From an uncultured Alphaproteobacteria bacterium (GTDB taxonomy: Bacteria > Pseudomonadota > Alphaproteobacteria > HIMB59 > GCA-002718135): a stretch of 64,000 nucleotides of DNA. The stretch covers positions 22,304 to 86,303 of the forward strand of contig CABXEZ010000002.1 of NCBI GenBank assembly GCA_902511405.1. Direction: 5' to 3'. Each line of letters begins with the position of its first letter. The stretch's first letter is position 1. The translations under genes and the position numbers were made by a program. The notes beneath the pieces were generated by a model. The model was not told the origin of the DNA, made no database searches, and was given only the letters and a program-made list of their open reading frames with translations. This document shows, piece after piece, positions 1-10,226 of this stretch.

Positions 1-552
1 AGACTCCTCTCGATCAAGAAATTCTGTGAATGTGTCAGATGACTCAAAATTTAAAGTCTCAACAATTCCAGAACCACCTTCTTTAGCAACAACATCAAAT
101 GAAGTTGGTCGTACAGTAATAACTTTCATAGCATCATTTGATTTTACAGTAGCAAGAGCATTTCCAGCATAAATAGGTCTTATAAAAGTATCTTCACTCT
201 CAATATTTATCACATCACTTATTTGTGCAACATCCAATTTTACAGCCACTCTTGGCATAACATTCTTTCCAAATGTAGTTGCAGGTGCAAAAATATGAGA
301 ATATTTCTCTGCCATAGAAACAATAACGGGATCAATTTTTTCAGCTATTGCATGTTCAAAGTTTTTATTATCCAAAGAAATTACTTTTGAGACATGTTGA
401 TAGTTTGCAATTTCTTTAGCAATATTTTCTATATCAGATCCTACAACCAAAACATCAATTTCACTTCCTACTTTTGAAGCTGCACTAATTGTATTTAATG
501 TTGATGATTTAACTTCTGTGTTATTGTGCTCTGCTAATATTAAGATACTCAT
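1..552 (-). CDS. etfA: electron transfer flavoprotein subunit alpha, N-terminal ~184 codons (gene runs off the left window edge)
   Basis: Own minus-strand translation from ATG 552-550 gives [40 protein letters not shown]...[22 protein letters not shown]...[12 protein letters not shown], the conserved EtfA N-domain. ATGA start/stop overlap with etfB. Absent from the ORF track because it is truncated. Confidence 0.9.
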   Translation of the reverse strand, partial: MSILILAEHNNTEVKSSTLNTISAASKVGSEIDVLVVGSDIENIAKEIANYQHVSKVISLDNKNFEHAIAEKIDPVIVSMAEKYSHIFAPATTFGKNVMPRVAVKLDVAQISDVINIESEDTFIRPIYAGNALATVKSNDAMKVITVRPTSFDVVAKEGGSGIVETLNFESSDTFTEFLDREES

Positions 553-1298
553 ATAACTTTAGCCTCATATTTTAATTTTTGAACTAATTCAGCAACATCA
601 GCAACCATAACTCCTTTTTGTCTAGTTGGTGGTTCAGATATTTTTATGTTTTCGATTCTCGGCTTAATATCTACTCCTAATTCTTCAGCTGATTTAATAT
701 CAATTGGTTTCTTTTTTGCTTTCATAATATTTGGTAAAGAAGCATACCTTGGTTCATTTAATCTTAAATCACATGAGGCAATGAAAGGCATATTGACTTT
801 AACTCTCTCAAGCCCTTCATCAATTTCTCTTGTAACTATTGCTGTATTTTCTTCAATATCAATTTTTGAAGCAAATGTCGCCTGTGGCCAATTTAATAAG
901 GCACTAGTCATTTGAGCTGTCTGATTAGAATCATCATCTATTGCCTGCTTGCCCATTAATATCAAACCTGGTTTTTCAGCTTCTACAATTTTAGAAACTA
1001 ACTTTGATACTGCTAAAGGCTCAATATCATCAGTAGCTTTTATTAATATCCCTCTATCAGCCCCCATGGCAAGTGCTGTACGAATAGTTTCTTGACATTT
1101 TTCCTCACCAATTGATAAAATTATTATTTCATCAGCTTTTCCAGCTTCTTTAATTCTTAGAGCTTCCTCTACTGCATTTTCATCAGGAGGATTCATTGAC
1201 ATTTTTACATTTTCTTTTTCAACACCAGAGTTATCTGCTTTAACTCTTACCTGTACGTTATAATCTATTACTCTTTTTACCGTAACTAAGATTTTCAT
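549..1298 (-). CDS. etfB: electron transfer flavoprotein subunit beta
   Basis: 249 aa. [20 protein letters not shown]...[22 protein letters not shown]...[11 protein letters not shown] matches the EtfB family signature. Translationally coupled to etfA. Confidence 0.93.
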   Translation of the reverse strand: MKILVTVKRVIDYNVQVRVKADNSGVEKENVKMSMNPPDENAVEEALRIKEAGKADEIIILSIGEEKCQETIRTALAMGADRGILIKATDDIEPLAVSKLVSKIVEAEKPGLILMGKQAIDDDSNQTAQMTSALLNWPQATFASKIDIEENTAIVTREIDEGLERVKVNMPFIASCDLRLNEPRYASLPNIMKAKKKPIDIKSAEELGVDIKPRIENIKISEPPTRQKGVMVADVAELVQKLKYEAKVI

Positions 1299-1301
1299 AT
1301 A

Positions 1302-3737
1302 TTAAGCTCTAATTTTTTCATTCATAGAATCATATGGGCTGTCTTCAATTACAACAACTTTATGTTTTTTATCCAAAATATCCATTTCTAATTCCGTTCC
1401 AACTTTACTAAATTTAGGTTTCACCATAGCAATTGCAAGAGATTTTTTCACCCTAAATCCATAGTTACCTCCTGTCGCACGTCCAATCACCTCACCATCA
1501 CTATAAATAGCATTATTGCCTAAAGCATCAGCATCATTAATATCAAAAACTTCCAAGGTAACCATTTTATTGTCAAACCCTTCTTGTTGCCACTTCACAA
1601 GAGAATCTCTACCAATAAAATTACCTTTATTTAAATGAACAAATCTATCAAGACCTGACTCATAAGCCGCATATTCAATAGACATTTCTGTACCTACCAG
1701 TTTATAACTTTTTTCTATTCTTAAACTATCCATTGCTCTAATTCCAAAAGGCTTTACACCAAACTCTTCTCCAGCTTCCATAAGTCTATCAAATATATGG
1801 TTTTGATATTCAATTGGATGGTGAAGTTCCCAACCCAGTTCACCAACAAAATTCATTCTCATAGCAATAGAAGGAGCTAGGCCAACATCTATTTTTTGTG
1901 CAGATAACCATGGAAAGGCTTTATTCGAAAAATCAGCATTAGAAATTTTATTTAGCAAGTCTCTTGATTTTGGTCCAGCCACAACAAGAACACCTATGCT
2001 GTTTGTAAGATTTTCAAAAGTAATCGATCTATCATTTGGCATCCATTTTTTTATCCAATCATGATCAAGTCTTTGGAAAGCTCCAGCTGAAACTAAATAA
2101 AAAGAGTCATCTGATTCTTTTGCAATTGTGAACTCTGAATGAACGCCTCCTTTACTATTTAATGCATGGCATAAATTAACTCTTCCATTTTTTTGAGGTA
2201 GTTTATTTGCTACTAAATTATCAAGAAAATCTTTTGCACCTGGCCCTGATATTCTGCACTTAGCGAATGCAGTCATATCAAGAATTCCAACATTATTTTG
2301 AACATTTAAGCATTCATTGCCCACATGATTAAACCAGTTAGATCTTCTAAAAGACCAATCATCAATTTGCTCAACACCTGTTGGAGCAAACCAGTTAGCT
2401 CTCTCCCAACCAAACTTTTGACCGAACACGGCCCCAAGATCCTTAAGTCTGTCATAGCATGGGGCTTGTCTTAATGGCCTTCCTGCTTCTCTCTCCTCAT
2501 CAGGGTAATGAGTTGTAAAAACATTTGCATATGCTTCTTCATTTTTTTCAATCAGATATGATTTAGTTGCATAATCGCCAAAACGTCTTGGATCTACACC
2601 GAGCATATCAATAGTAGGCTCACCATCAACTATCCATTCAGCTAGTTGCCAGCCTGCGCCTCCTGCAGCTGTAATTCCAAAACTATGACCTTCATTTATC
2701 CAGAAATTCTTCAAACCCCAAGCTGGTCCCACAATAGGACTTCCATCAGGGGTATAACAAATAGCTCCATTATAAACTTTTTTTACTCCCACTTCTCCAA
2801 ACACTGGCACTCTATGAATTGCAGATTCTATATGTGGTTCAATTCTCTCAATATCTTCTTGAAATAATTCAAACTCCGAGTTTTGACTTGGGCCATCTAC
2901 ATAACATGCTGGAGCTCCTTTTTCATATGGACCTAGGATTAACCCTCCTCTTTCCTCTCTCATATACCATGAACTATCTGAGTCACGGAGAACTCCCATT
3001 TCAGGTAAACCTTGCTCTTTTCTTTTTTGTATTTCATGATGAGGTTCAGTTACTATGTATTGATGCTCAACAGGTATAACTGGAATATCCAAACCAACCA
3101 TTCTTCCAGTTTGTCTTGCAAAATTTCCAGTGCAAGAAATTACATGCTCACATTCAATATTACCTTTATCTGTTTCAACAACCCACATTTCATTATCTAA
3201 TTGATTGATACCAGTTACATTTGTATTTCGATAAATTTCTGCACCTTTGTCTCTAGCACCTTTTGCCAAAGCTTGAGTTAAATCAGCTGGTTGTATGTAC
3301 CCGTCTTCTGGATGTTGAATTGCTCCAATTAATCCATCTGTGTTACATAAAGGCCAAATTTCCTTTACCTCATCTGGAGTTAAGAAGTTAACTTTAACTC
3401 CTATTGTTTTAGCAACAGCTGCATATTGATAATACTCATCCATACGATCTTTAGTTGTGGCTAGTCGAATATTACTAACAACACTAAAGCCAACATTTTG
3501 ACCTGTTTCTTCTTCTAAAGTTTTATAGAAATTAACAGCGTATTTATGAAGTTGGCCAACTGAATAGCTCATATTAAACAAAGGTAAAAGACCTGCTGCA
3601 TGCCATGTAGATCCTGATGTAAGTTCTTTTCTTTCAATTAGAACAACATCACTCCATCCTTTTTTTGCTAGATGATATAGAGCACTAACACCAACAACAC
3701 CTCCGCCTACTACGACTACTTTTGCTTTTGCTTTCAT
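1302..3737 (-). CDS. dimethylglycine/sarcosine dehydrogenase-family flavoprotein (FAD DAO domain fused to GcvT-type folate domain)
   Basis: 811 aa. N-terminal dinucleotide fold VVVVGGGVVGVSALYHLAKKG. Length and C-terminal aminomethyltransferase-like half are typical of DMGDH/SARDH. Sits next to etfBA, the usual electron acceptor. Confidence 0.85.
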   Translation of the reverse strand: MKAKAKVVVVGGGVVGVSALYHLAKKGWSDVVLIERKELTSGSTWHAAGLLPLFNMSYSVGQLHKYAVNFYKTLEEETGQNVGFSVVSNIRLATTKDRMDEYYQYAAVAKTIGVKVNFLTPDEVKEIWPLCNTDGLIGAIQHPEDGYIQPADLTQALAKGARDKGAEIYRNTNVTGINQLDNEMWVVETDKGNIECEHVISCTGNFARQTGRMVGLDIPVIPVEHQYIVTEPHHEIQKRKEQGLPEMGVLRDSDSSWYMREERGGLILGPYEKGAPACYVDGPSQNSEFELFQEDIERIEPHIESAIHRVPVFGEVGVKKVYNGAICYTPDGSPIVGPAWGLKNFWINEGHSFGITAAGGAGWQLAEWIVDGEPTIDMLGVDPRRFGDYATKSYLIEKNEEAYANVFTTHYPDEEREAGRPLRQAPCYDRLKDLGAVFGQKFGWERANWFAPTGVEQIDDWSFRRSNWFNHVGNECLNVQNNVGILDMTAFAKCRISGPGAKDFLDNLVANKLPQKNGRVNLCHALNSKGGVHSEFTIAKESDDSFYLVSAGAFQRLDHDWIKKWMPNDRSITFENLTNSIGVLVVAGPKSRDLLNKISNADFSNKAFPWLSAQKIDVGLAPSIAMRMNFVGELGWELHHPIEYQNHIFDRLMEAGEEFGVKPFGIRAMDSLRIEKSYKLVGTEMSIEYAAYESGLDRFVHLNKGNFIGRDSLVKWQQEGFDNKMVTLEVFDINDADALGNNAIYSDGEVIGRATGGNYGFRVKKSLAIAMVKPKFSKVGTELEMDILDKKHKVVVIEDSPYDSMNEKIRA

Positions 3738-3799
3738 AAAATAAAATCTCCAAAAAAATGCTGTACTTTCTAAATCATATTAAATAGATTGGGTCAATC

Positions 3800-4421
3800 A
3801 TGCGTTATTATCTTCTAAAAATTTCTGTGTTTATTTTTTTTATGCTTCCAGCTCACATATCATCTGCTGATATCACTCTTAATGAATTATTTTTTTGATG
3901 ACTCAAAGCCATACTATCTTAAAGTTTTAGATGCTCTTCCCGAGAGTGCAATTATAGCTATTGGACCTCAAGATGCTGAAAACACAATCATTGAATTTAT
4001 GGATTATTTTTGTGGTTATTGTAAAAAAATACATTCTGAACTTATTTCGGTCATTGAAAAACGTGATGATACGAGAGTTATATTTCTTCAACACCCAATA
4101 TTGAGTGACAGTTCAAATCTAATAGCTAAAATGGTTGTTGCTGCAAATCTCCAAGGTAAGGGATGGGATCTTCATCATGGTTTATTTACTGTAAAAGGAA
4201 GCCTAACTCAGCAAAAACTAGATCAAATAATAATTGATTCAGAAATTAATAAAACAAAACTTATGATTGATATGGGAAAAGATGAAATTGATAACACTGT
4301 TAAATTATCCTCTTTTTTAGCAATGGGCTCTGGGGCTAGAGGAACGCCAGCATTATTTATAAATGAAGAATTTGTTGGAGGTTATCTACCTCTTGAAAAA
4401 TTAGAAAGTATGTTAAAATAA
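3800..4421 (+). pseudogene. DsbA-family thiol:disulfide oxidoreductase; signal peptide and thioredoxin domain are in different frames (frameshift in a T7 run)
   Basis: ORF 3882-4421 carries the CGYC active site in ...IIEFMDYFCGYCKKIH.... A 32-codon ORF at 3800-3898 (MRYYLLKISVFIFFMLPAHISSADITLNELFF*) is a signal peptide in another frame. Removing one T from the run at 3890-3896 fuses them as ...NELFFDDSKPYY.... Confidence 0.7.
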
Positions 4422-4444
4422 AGCGCTCCTAAAAAGAAGCGCTT
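4421..4444. terminator. bidirectional hairpin between convergent genes
   Basis: AAGCGCT (4421-4427) / AGCGCTT (4438-4444) is a perfect 7-bp stem with a 10-nt loop. It lies in the 37-nt gap between the convergent DsbA-like and GcvT-like genes. Confidence 0.5.
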
Positions 4445-4458
4445 AAAATTAATTTTAT

Positions 4459-5796
4459 TTATTCGTTTGCGCCTGAGACTTCTCTTGTATTTGCATTAAA
4501 AGACTCAGTAAAAGGCACTGATACTACTTCAGCATCTACAGGAACACCTGGTGTATCACAGTATTGATCAGGAAGATGAACTTTATATTTAGTACCAACT
4601 TTGCCAATAGGAAAACCATTTTGACTCAATGAGCCATCGAAAGGCACATATCCCATTGCAATATTTCTTCCTTGCTCTGGATGATACCAAGGTGAAGTAA
4701 TAAAGCCGCATGGATCTTTTCCATCTTCAGAAATTAACCAAAAATCAGGTGCGTATTCTTCAATTGGTTTTCCGCCTAAAGATAATCCAACAAGCTGTAA
4801 TTGATACGGTTTATTTCCCGCTCTCAACTCATCTCTCATTTTCTCAAGAACTTCTTTTCCAACATAATCAGCCGTTTTGTTCCACTCACCTTTTCCTGAT
4901 AGAGATACTTGATATCCTAAGTTACACTGAAAAGGATTGTGTTGATTATCCATATCTTGACCCCATGAAAGAATACCTGCTTGAATTCTTCTATGATGAG
5001 CAGGTGCAATAACCATTAAATTATGTTTTTTTCCCGCTTCAAGGACAGCATTCCACATATCATCAGCATATAAAGTAGAGTCTCTAAGATAAATCTCATA
5101 ACCTGCTTCTCCAGAGAAACCAGATTGTGATATTATGCAATCCCTGCCTCCTACTTTAGCTGCAGCAAGTCCATAAAATGGCATATTATCTAATTCTATT
5201 TGGTCACCGATTAAGTCTTTCATTAATGCAAGAGATTTTGGGCCCTGAATCTGAACAGGAGAAACATCAATTTCATCAATCGTTACATCAAATCTGTTGT
5301 CATGATTAACACCCTGCAGATATAAACCAATGTCACTATCTGATAAACTAAACCAAAATTCATCTTTAGAGATTCTTAATAATATTGGATCATTAAGAAC
5401 GCCTCCGTATTGATTACATAGAATCACATACCTTGCTCTCATAGGAGAAATTTTAGTTGCATCTCTTGTAATAACATAATCAGTAAAAGCTTCCGCATCG
5501 GGACCTTTAACCTGAATCTGTCTTTCAACTGCAACGTTCCACATAGTAACGTGATTTTTAATTGCATCATACTCAACCATTGCACCGCCGTCTTCTGGCT
5601 TAACATATCCTCTTGGATGGTAGATACGATTATAAACAGTTGCTCTCCAACAACCAGCCTCCATAGAAAGATGCCAATATGGAGATTTTCTAACACGTGT
5701 AGAAATTAACATTTGTACAGGTGTAGAACCACTCTGTCTTAGATTGTATGGGACCTTTCTGTCTGATTGATCCACCGATGTAACATGTTTAATCAT
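4459..5796 (-). CDS. aminomethyltransferase (GcvT/DmdA) family protein, probable tetrahydrofolate-dependent demethylase
   Basis: 445 aa. N-terminal ...RKSPYWHLSMEAGCWRATVYNRIYHP... and central ...IQGPKSLALM...SQSGFSGEAGYEIYL... resemble the GcvT-fold motifs (GP..., TGYTGE.GFE). Substrate not assignable. Confidence 0.75.
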   Translation of the reverse strand: MIKHVTSVDQSDRKVPYNLRQSGSTPVQMLISTRVRKSPYWHLSMEAGCWRATVYNRIYHPRGYVKPEDGGAMVEYDAIKNHVTMWNVAVERQIQVKGPDAEAFTDYVITRDATKISPMRARYVILCNQYGGVLNDPILLRISKDEFWFSLSDSDIGLYLQGVNHDNRFDVTIDEIDVSPVQIQGPKSLALMKDLIGDQIELDNMPFYGLAAAKVGGRDCIISQSGFSGEAGYEIYLRDSTLYADDMWNAVLEAGKKHNLMVIAPAHHRRIQAGILSWGQDMDNQHNPFQCNLGYQVSLSGKGEWNKTADYVGKEVLEKMRDELRAGNKPYQLQLVGLSLGGKPIEEYAPDFWLISEDGKDPCGFITSPWYHPEQGRNIAMGYVPFDGSLSQNGFPIGKVGTKYKVHLPDQYCDTPGVPVDAEVVSVPFTESFNANTREVSGANE

Positions 5797-5955
5797 GCTT
5801 AGCTCCTTATAAAAAATAATAACAATGCGGTAACTAAACTTTTTTTCCTACGCAATGATAAAATCATCATAAATAAAAAAAACTGGGGAGCTTGTTAATC
5901 TTAAATTGAACTAAATTAAGTCTAACTTTTGACATTTTAGTTAATTAAGAAAGTT

Positions 5956-6865
5956 ATGATGAAACCTACAAAACTAATTTTATTAATACCTCTATTTTTT
6001 CTTATTGCCTGCTCAGCTGCTTATGAACAAGTCAAAGAAATCGATATAATAAACCCAAATACTTTTCAACAACACCTTTTAAATAATTATAAAATTAATG
6101 CATCTTTTGAAGCTGAAAAAAATGCACGATTGGAATTCTGCAAAACTATATTCAGAAAAAGCGCTAAGAGCTCTTGATGGAGAAAATATTTATCCAGAAG
6201 AAATAAACTATTGGAAACTTCCAACTAAAATAGCAAAAGATATTAGTTCCAGTTATAATAATTTATTATCTATTTATGATGAAGCAATTATCAAAAATCC
6301 AAAAAGTCTTGCAAAAGCAATAAGCTCATTAGATTGTTGGGCAGAACAAGAAGAGGAGAAATGGCAAACATGGGATATTGATAAATGTAAAAATGATTTT
6401 CACACAGCAATGCATGATATTTATAACTTTTTGACAGTAGTAGATGAAAAGAAAGAGGTTACTAAGGTAATTGAGCAAGAGGTAAAAGAAGATGAGACTC
6501 CACAAGTTGTCATTGTTACAGAAAATGAAAAAAAAGAAGTGATGCAAATTATTTATTTTGATTTTGACAACTCAAAATTGAGTGAGGTTAGTAAAAATAC
6601 ATTATTTAATTTTTTAGATAAAAATAAAAAGAAGCTTAGTAGATATATAATTTTTGGTCATACAGATACAAAGGGTTCTTCCAAATATAATATGAATCTC
6701 TCTATTAAACGTGCTGAGTCAGTTAAAGAGATATTATTAGATCAAGGAATTGCCCCTAATGATATCTCAATATTAGGCAAAGGAGAGAATGACTTAGCAA
6801 TTGATACTCCTGATAATACAAAACATCCTGCGAATAGAAGGGCTGAAGTTAAAATATTGAATTAA
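5956..6865 (+). pseudogene. OmpA-family lipoprotein interrupted by a frameshift in an A7 run
   Basis: ORF 5956-6177 has the lipobox LIAC after a signal peptide. ORF 6098-6865, in another frame, ends in an OmpA C-terminal domain (...GHTDTKGSSKYNMNLSIKRAESVKEIL...NRRAEVKILN). Deleting one A from 6116-6122 joins them as ...FEAEKMHDWNSAKLY.... Confidence 0.7.
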
Positions 6866-6918
6866 CTTTTGCTTTCTTTCAATTTGGTATATTGGACCTT
6901 CATAAAATAAACTTTTTT

Positions 6919-7311
6919 ATGTACTCCAAAAAAACAAGAAAAATTAATATTACTGTTAATCCATATTTTTTAGATGATCAGTCCGAACCAGAAGAGCAAC
7001 ACTTTGTGTGGGCCTATCAAGTGACTATTGATAATCAGGGAAATGAAAAAGTGCAGCTCAAAAATAGATATTGGAAAATTATTGACTCCAACGGTTCTGA
7101 ACAAGAAGTAAAAGGAGAGGGCGTTGTTGGAGAGCAGCCAATCTTAAATCCTGGTGAAAAATTTGAATATACAAGTGGGACGCCTTTATCTACCCCATCA
7201 GGGTTTATGGGTGGACACTATGAAATGGAAACTAAAGCGGGGAAAAAATTTGAAGCTATCATTCCGCAGTTTTCTCTTGATAGCCCTTTTATTAAAAATA
7301 ATTTAAATTAA
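6919..7311 (+). CDS. apaG: ApaG (DUF525) protein
   Basis: ...FVWAYQVTIDNQGNEKVQLKNRYWKIIDSNGSEQEVKGEGVVGEQPILNPGEKFEYTSG...GGHYEM aligns closely with E. coli ApaG. ATG at 6919 is preferred over the TTG at 6892. Confidence 0.9.
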   Translation: MYSKKTRKINITVNPYFLDDQSEPEEQHFVWAYQVTIDNQGNEKVQLKNRYWKIIDSNGSEQEVKGEGVVGEQPILNPGEKFEYTSGTPLSTPSGFMGGHYEMETKAGKKFEAIIPQFSLDSPFIKNNLN

Positions 7312-7325
7312 AATAAGAAAACAAA

Positions 7326-8775
7326 ATGCGAGATTTTCGCCCCATAATTAATATACTAGGTTTACTTCTCTGTATTGAATCAGTAGCCTTATTAATTCCC
7401 ATGTTTTTTGATTTGGTAAATCAAAATCAAGATTGGAAACTATTTTTCTTTATAAGTTGCTTAACATTTTTAATTGGTTTGGTTTTGTACGTTGGCTTTA
7501 AAAAAGAAAAAATTAAAATTAATCTAAGACAGGCTTTTTTATTAACTATTCTATCATGGTTTTTAATAGCTCTTTTTGGCTCTTTACCTTTTATTTACAC
7601 AAGCTCATCTCTAAGCTTTACTGATGCTTTTTTTGAAGCAGTAAGTGGAATTACTACTACTGGCTCAACAGTGATACCAAATTTAGAAATTTTATCAGAG
7701 GGAATACTTGTTTGGAGATCATTATTACAATGGTTTGGAGGTATTGGAATAATTGTACTTGCTGTTGCGATACTGCCAACTTTACAGATTGGAGGAATGC
7801 AATTATTACATATGGAGCATGATGATCCATATGAAAAAAACTTTACCAAAAATCAATAAATTTATTATTGAAATTGTAAGTCTTTATGTGGGCTTAACAA
7901 TTTTATGCCTCTTTTTTTATTATTTATTTGGAATGTCTGCTTTTGACTCCTTAATACATTGTATGTCAACTATCTCAACTGGCGGGTTCTCAAATCACGG
8001 TTCATCATTTGAATATTTTAAATCATACTCACTAGAAAATGTTTCAATAATATTTATGATTTTAGGAAGTTTACCTTTTGTAATTTTTATTCAATTTATT
8101 CATGGACAGAAAATGTCTATTTTTAAAGATGATCAAATAAAGCTTTTTTTATCCCTTCTTTTAATAATTATATTTATTACTTCAATTTGGTTAACAAATT
8201 ATCTGCAAGTTGATTTTTCGCAATCAATAAGACTGGCTACTTTTAATATAACCTCAATATTAACTGGGACCGGATATACTTCATCAAATTATAATAATTG
8301 GGGAGGGTTTGGGTTAATTATAATTTTAATGATAATGTTCATCGGTGGTTGTGCTGGATCAACAACAGGTGGAATAAAGATATTTAGATTTCAAATTCTT
8401 TTTAGAGGGGTAAGACTACAAATTAAAAAACTTACAAAGCCACATGCAGTTTTTTTGATGAAGTTTAATCACAAGACAGTTACTGAAATTACTTATTTAT
8501 CTATTATAAGTTTTTTCTTTATATACATTTTACTGTTCATTTTTACTGCAGTTACTTTAAGTTTATTTGGCTTAGATTTTTTAACGGCTTTATCAGCATC
8601 AGCTTCTGCTATTTCAAACGTAGGTCCTGGAATAGGTGAGATAATTGGACCAAATGGTAATTATGCCTCTATCAATGATGCAGCAAAATGGATTTTGGCT
8701 ATTACTATGTTAGTAGGAAGATTAGAGATTTTTACAATCTTGGTATTATTTTCTAAGAATTTTTGGAAAAAATAA
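7326..8775 (+). pseudogene. trkH: TrkH-type potassium uptake membrane protein interrupted by a frameshift in an A7 run
   Basis: ORFs 7326-7859 (...GITTTGSTV...GGIGIIVLAVAILP...GGMQLL) and 7753-8775 (...STGGFSNH...GGCAGSTTGGIKIFR...) are the two halves of TrkH in different frames. Deleting one A from 7834-7840 gives ...DDPYEKTLPKINKF.... Confidence 0.8.
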
Positions 8776-9345
8776 TTACAATATATAATTATCCATATAA
8801 TTAGTTAGCAGTTTTTCTGTCTCATTTGAAATATCAACGAGACTGTTGTAAATCAAATCATCAATAATTTTATCTTTTTCTTGAATAGAAATATAGATCC
8901 CAGAAGTAGTGGATCTAGAAGTTTCCACTAATGTTGAAGCAACTAAGTTACCTGAGTCATCAAACAAACTAAACTCAAGCAGATAAAATAATTCATATAT
9001 ATAATTGTTTTTTTCATCAAAATTCTTTGCATCTTTATTTTTAAATTGTGTTTGAGTTATTGAAGCATCAAGAATTGTAATATTAAAAATATTCTCATTA
9101 CCAATTGGCTTGAAATTTTCATTTATCCAACTGATTATTCTGTCAGATGGAGTAAATTTTAAGGTGTGCCCGATATAGGGATCAGATATTTTTTTTTCGA
9201 ATATTTCATTTATTTCAATAGAAGTTGAAAGGATATTAAAATGAGCAAATTGACTGTTATCAAATACAATATGGTTTACTTTTTCTATTGGCTGACAAGC
9301 ATTTAAAGTTAAAAAAAATAATAAGGTAATTAATAATTTTTTCAT
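8776..9345 (-). CDS. hypothetical lipoprotein
   Basis: 189 aa. Signal peptide with lipobox LNAC (MKKLLITLLFFLTLNACQP). No recognisable domain. Confidence 0.6.
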   Translation of the reverse strand: MKKLLITLLFFLTLNACQPIEKVNHIVFDNSQFAHFNILSTSIEINEIFEKKISDPYIGHTLKFTPSDRIISWINENFKPIGNENIFNITILDASITQTQFKNKDAKNFDEKNNYIYELFYLLEFSLFDDSGNLVASTLVETSRSTTSGIYISIQEKDKIIDDLIYNSLVDISNETEKLLTNYMDNYIL

Positions 9346-10226
9346 AATAATTCCAAAACTATGGCTTGTTGTACAAACATTCTATTTTGGGCTTGATGCC
9401 ACACAACTGATCTCTTACTATCTAATAACTCTGAAGAAACTTCTTCACCTCGATGAGCTGGAAGGCAGTGCATAAAAATTGCTTCCTTTGATGCAAATTG
9501 CATTAACTTACTATTTACTTGATAATTTTTAAAATATTTCTTTTTTGTTAATTTTTCCCCCATTGACACCCATGCATCAGTCATAACACAATCAGCATAT
9601 TTAACTCCATCCATTAATGAATTGGTAACAAACATTTGCTTGTTATTATGTTTGTTTATTTCAGTTTTATTTTTTTTTAAAATCTCTTTTGGAAGTACAA
9701 CATTGAGTTTGAAGTTATATAAAATTTGCAATTCAATTAATGATCTCAGAACATTATTATAATCTCCCACCCAAGTAATTTGTTTATTTTTTATATTTCC
9801 AATTTTTTCATTTATGGTGAGCATATCTGATAAGATTTGACAAGGATGACTCATGTCAGTTAATCCATTAATTATTGGCAGAGCATTTAACGCACTGAGC
9901 TTTTTAAGAAGTTCATGATTATCGTTTCTTATTACTAATATATCTATAAACTGGGCTAGAGTTCTTAAAATATCCTCAACACTTTCTCTTTTGCCAAACC
10001 CAATTGATTTGGTATTTAGCTCAAGAGTGTTGCCTCCTAATTTTTGAAAGCCAACTGTAAAACTTGCTCTTGTTCTTGTGGAGTCTTTCTGAAAAATCAT
10101 TCCAAGTGTTTTGTTTTTACATTTATTAGAGAATGATTTTGGGTTTCTTTTTATCTGTTTTGCTGTTTTAATAATAGAATCAATTTTTTTTAACTGAAAA
10201 TTAGATATATCTATAAAGTGTTTCAT
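9342..10226 (-). CDS. argF: ornithine carbamoyltransferase
   Basis: STRTR carbamoyl-phosphate motif (KDSTRTRASF), HPCQILSD and FMHCLPAHRGEEV motifs. Overlaps argD by 4 nt. Confidence 0.88.
   Translation of the reverse strand: MKHFIDISNFQLKKIDSIIKTAKQIKRNPKSFSNKCKNKTLGMIFQKDSTRTRASFTVGFQKLGGNTLELNTKSIGFGKRESVEDILRTLAQFIDILVIRNDNHELLKKLSALNALPIINGLTDMSHPCQILSDMLTINEKIGNIKNKQITWVGDYNNVLRSLIELQILYNFKLNVVLPKEILKKNKTEINKHNNKQMFVTNSLMDGVKYADCVMTDAWVSMGEKLTKKKYFKNYQVNSKLMQFASKEAIFMHCLPAHRGEEVSSELLDSKRSVVWHQAQNRMFVQQAIVLELL

Noticed and set aside
646-3200. Antisense ORFs inside etfB and the DMGDH-like gene (646-915, 2646-2867, 2819-3079, 3012-3200). Similar ones occur elsewhere, e.g. 14124-14486, 16146-16403, 37195-37386, 41797-42159, 47188-47460, 54088-54441, 63414-63728.
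   Set aside because: They lie opposite or out of frame within genes that have strong family signatures. They have low-complexity or odd composition and no recognisable motifs, so they are shadow ORFs.
5797-5955. The 159-nt leader between the GcvT-like gene and the OmpA-like gene, examined for a riboswitch (glycine, SAM, THF types) or a clear promoter
   Set aside because: I could not recognise any conserved riboswitch core or convincing paired elements by eye. The only feature is a short ATGAT-AAA-ATCAT dyad. An Rfam scan would be needed.
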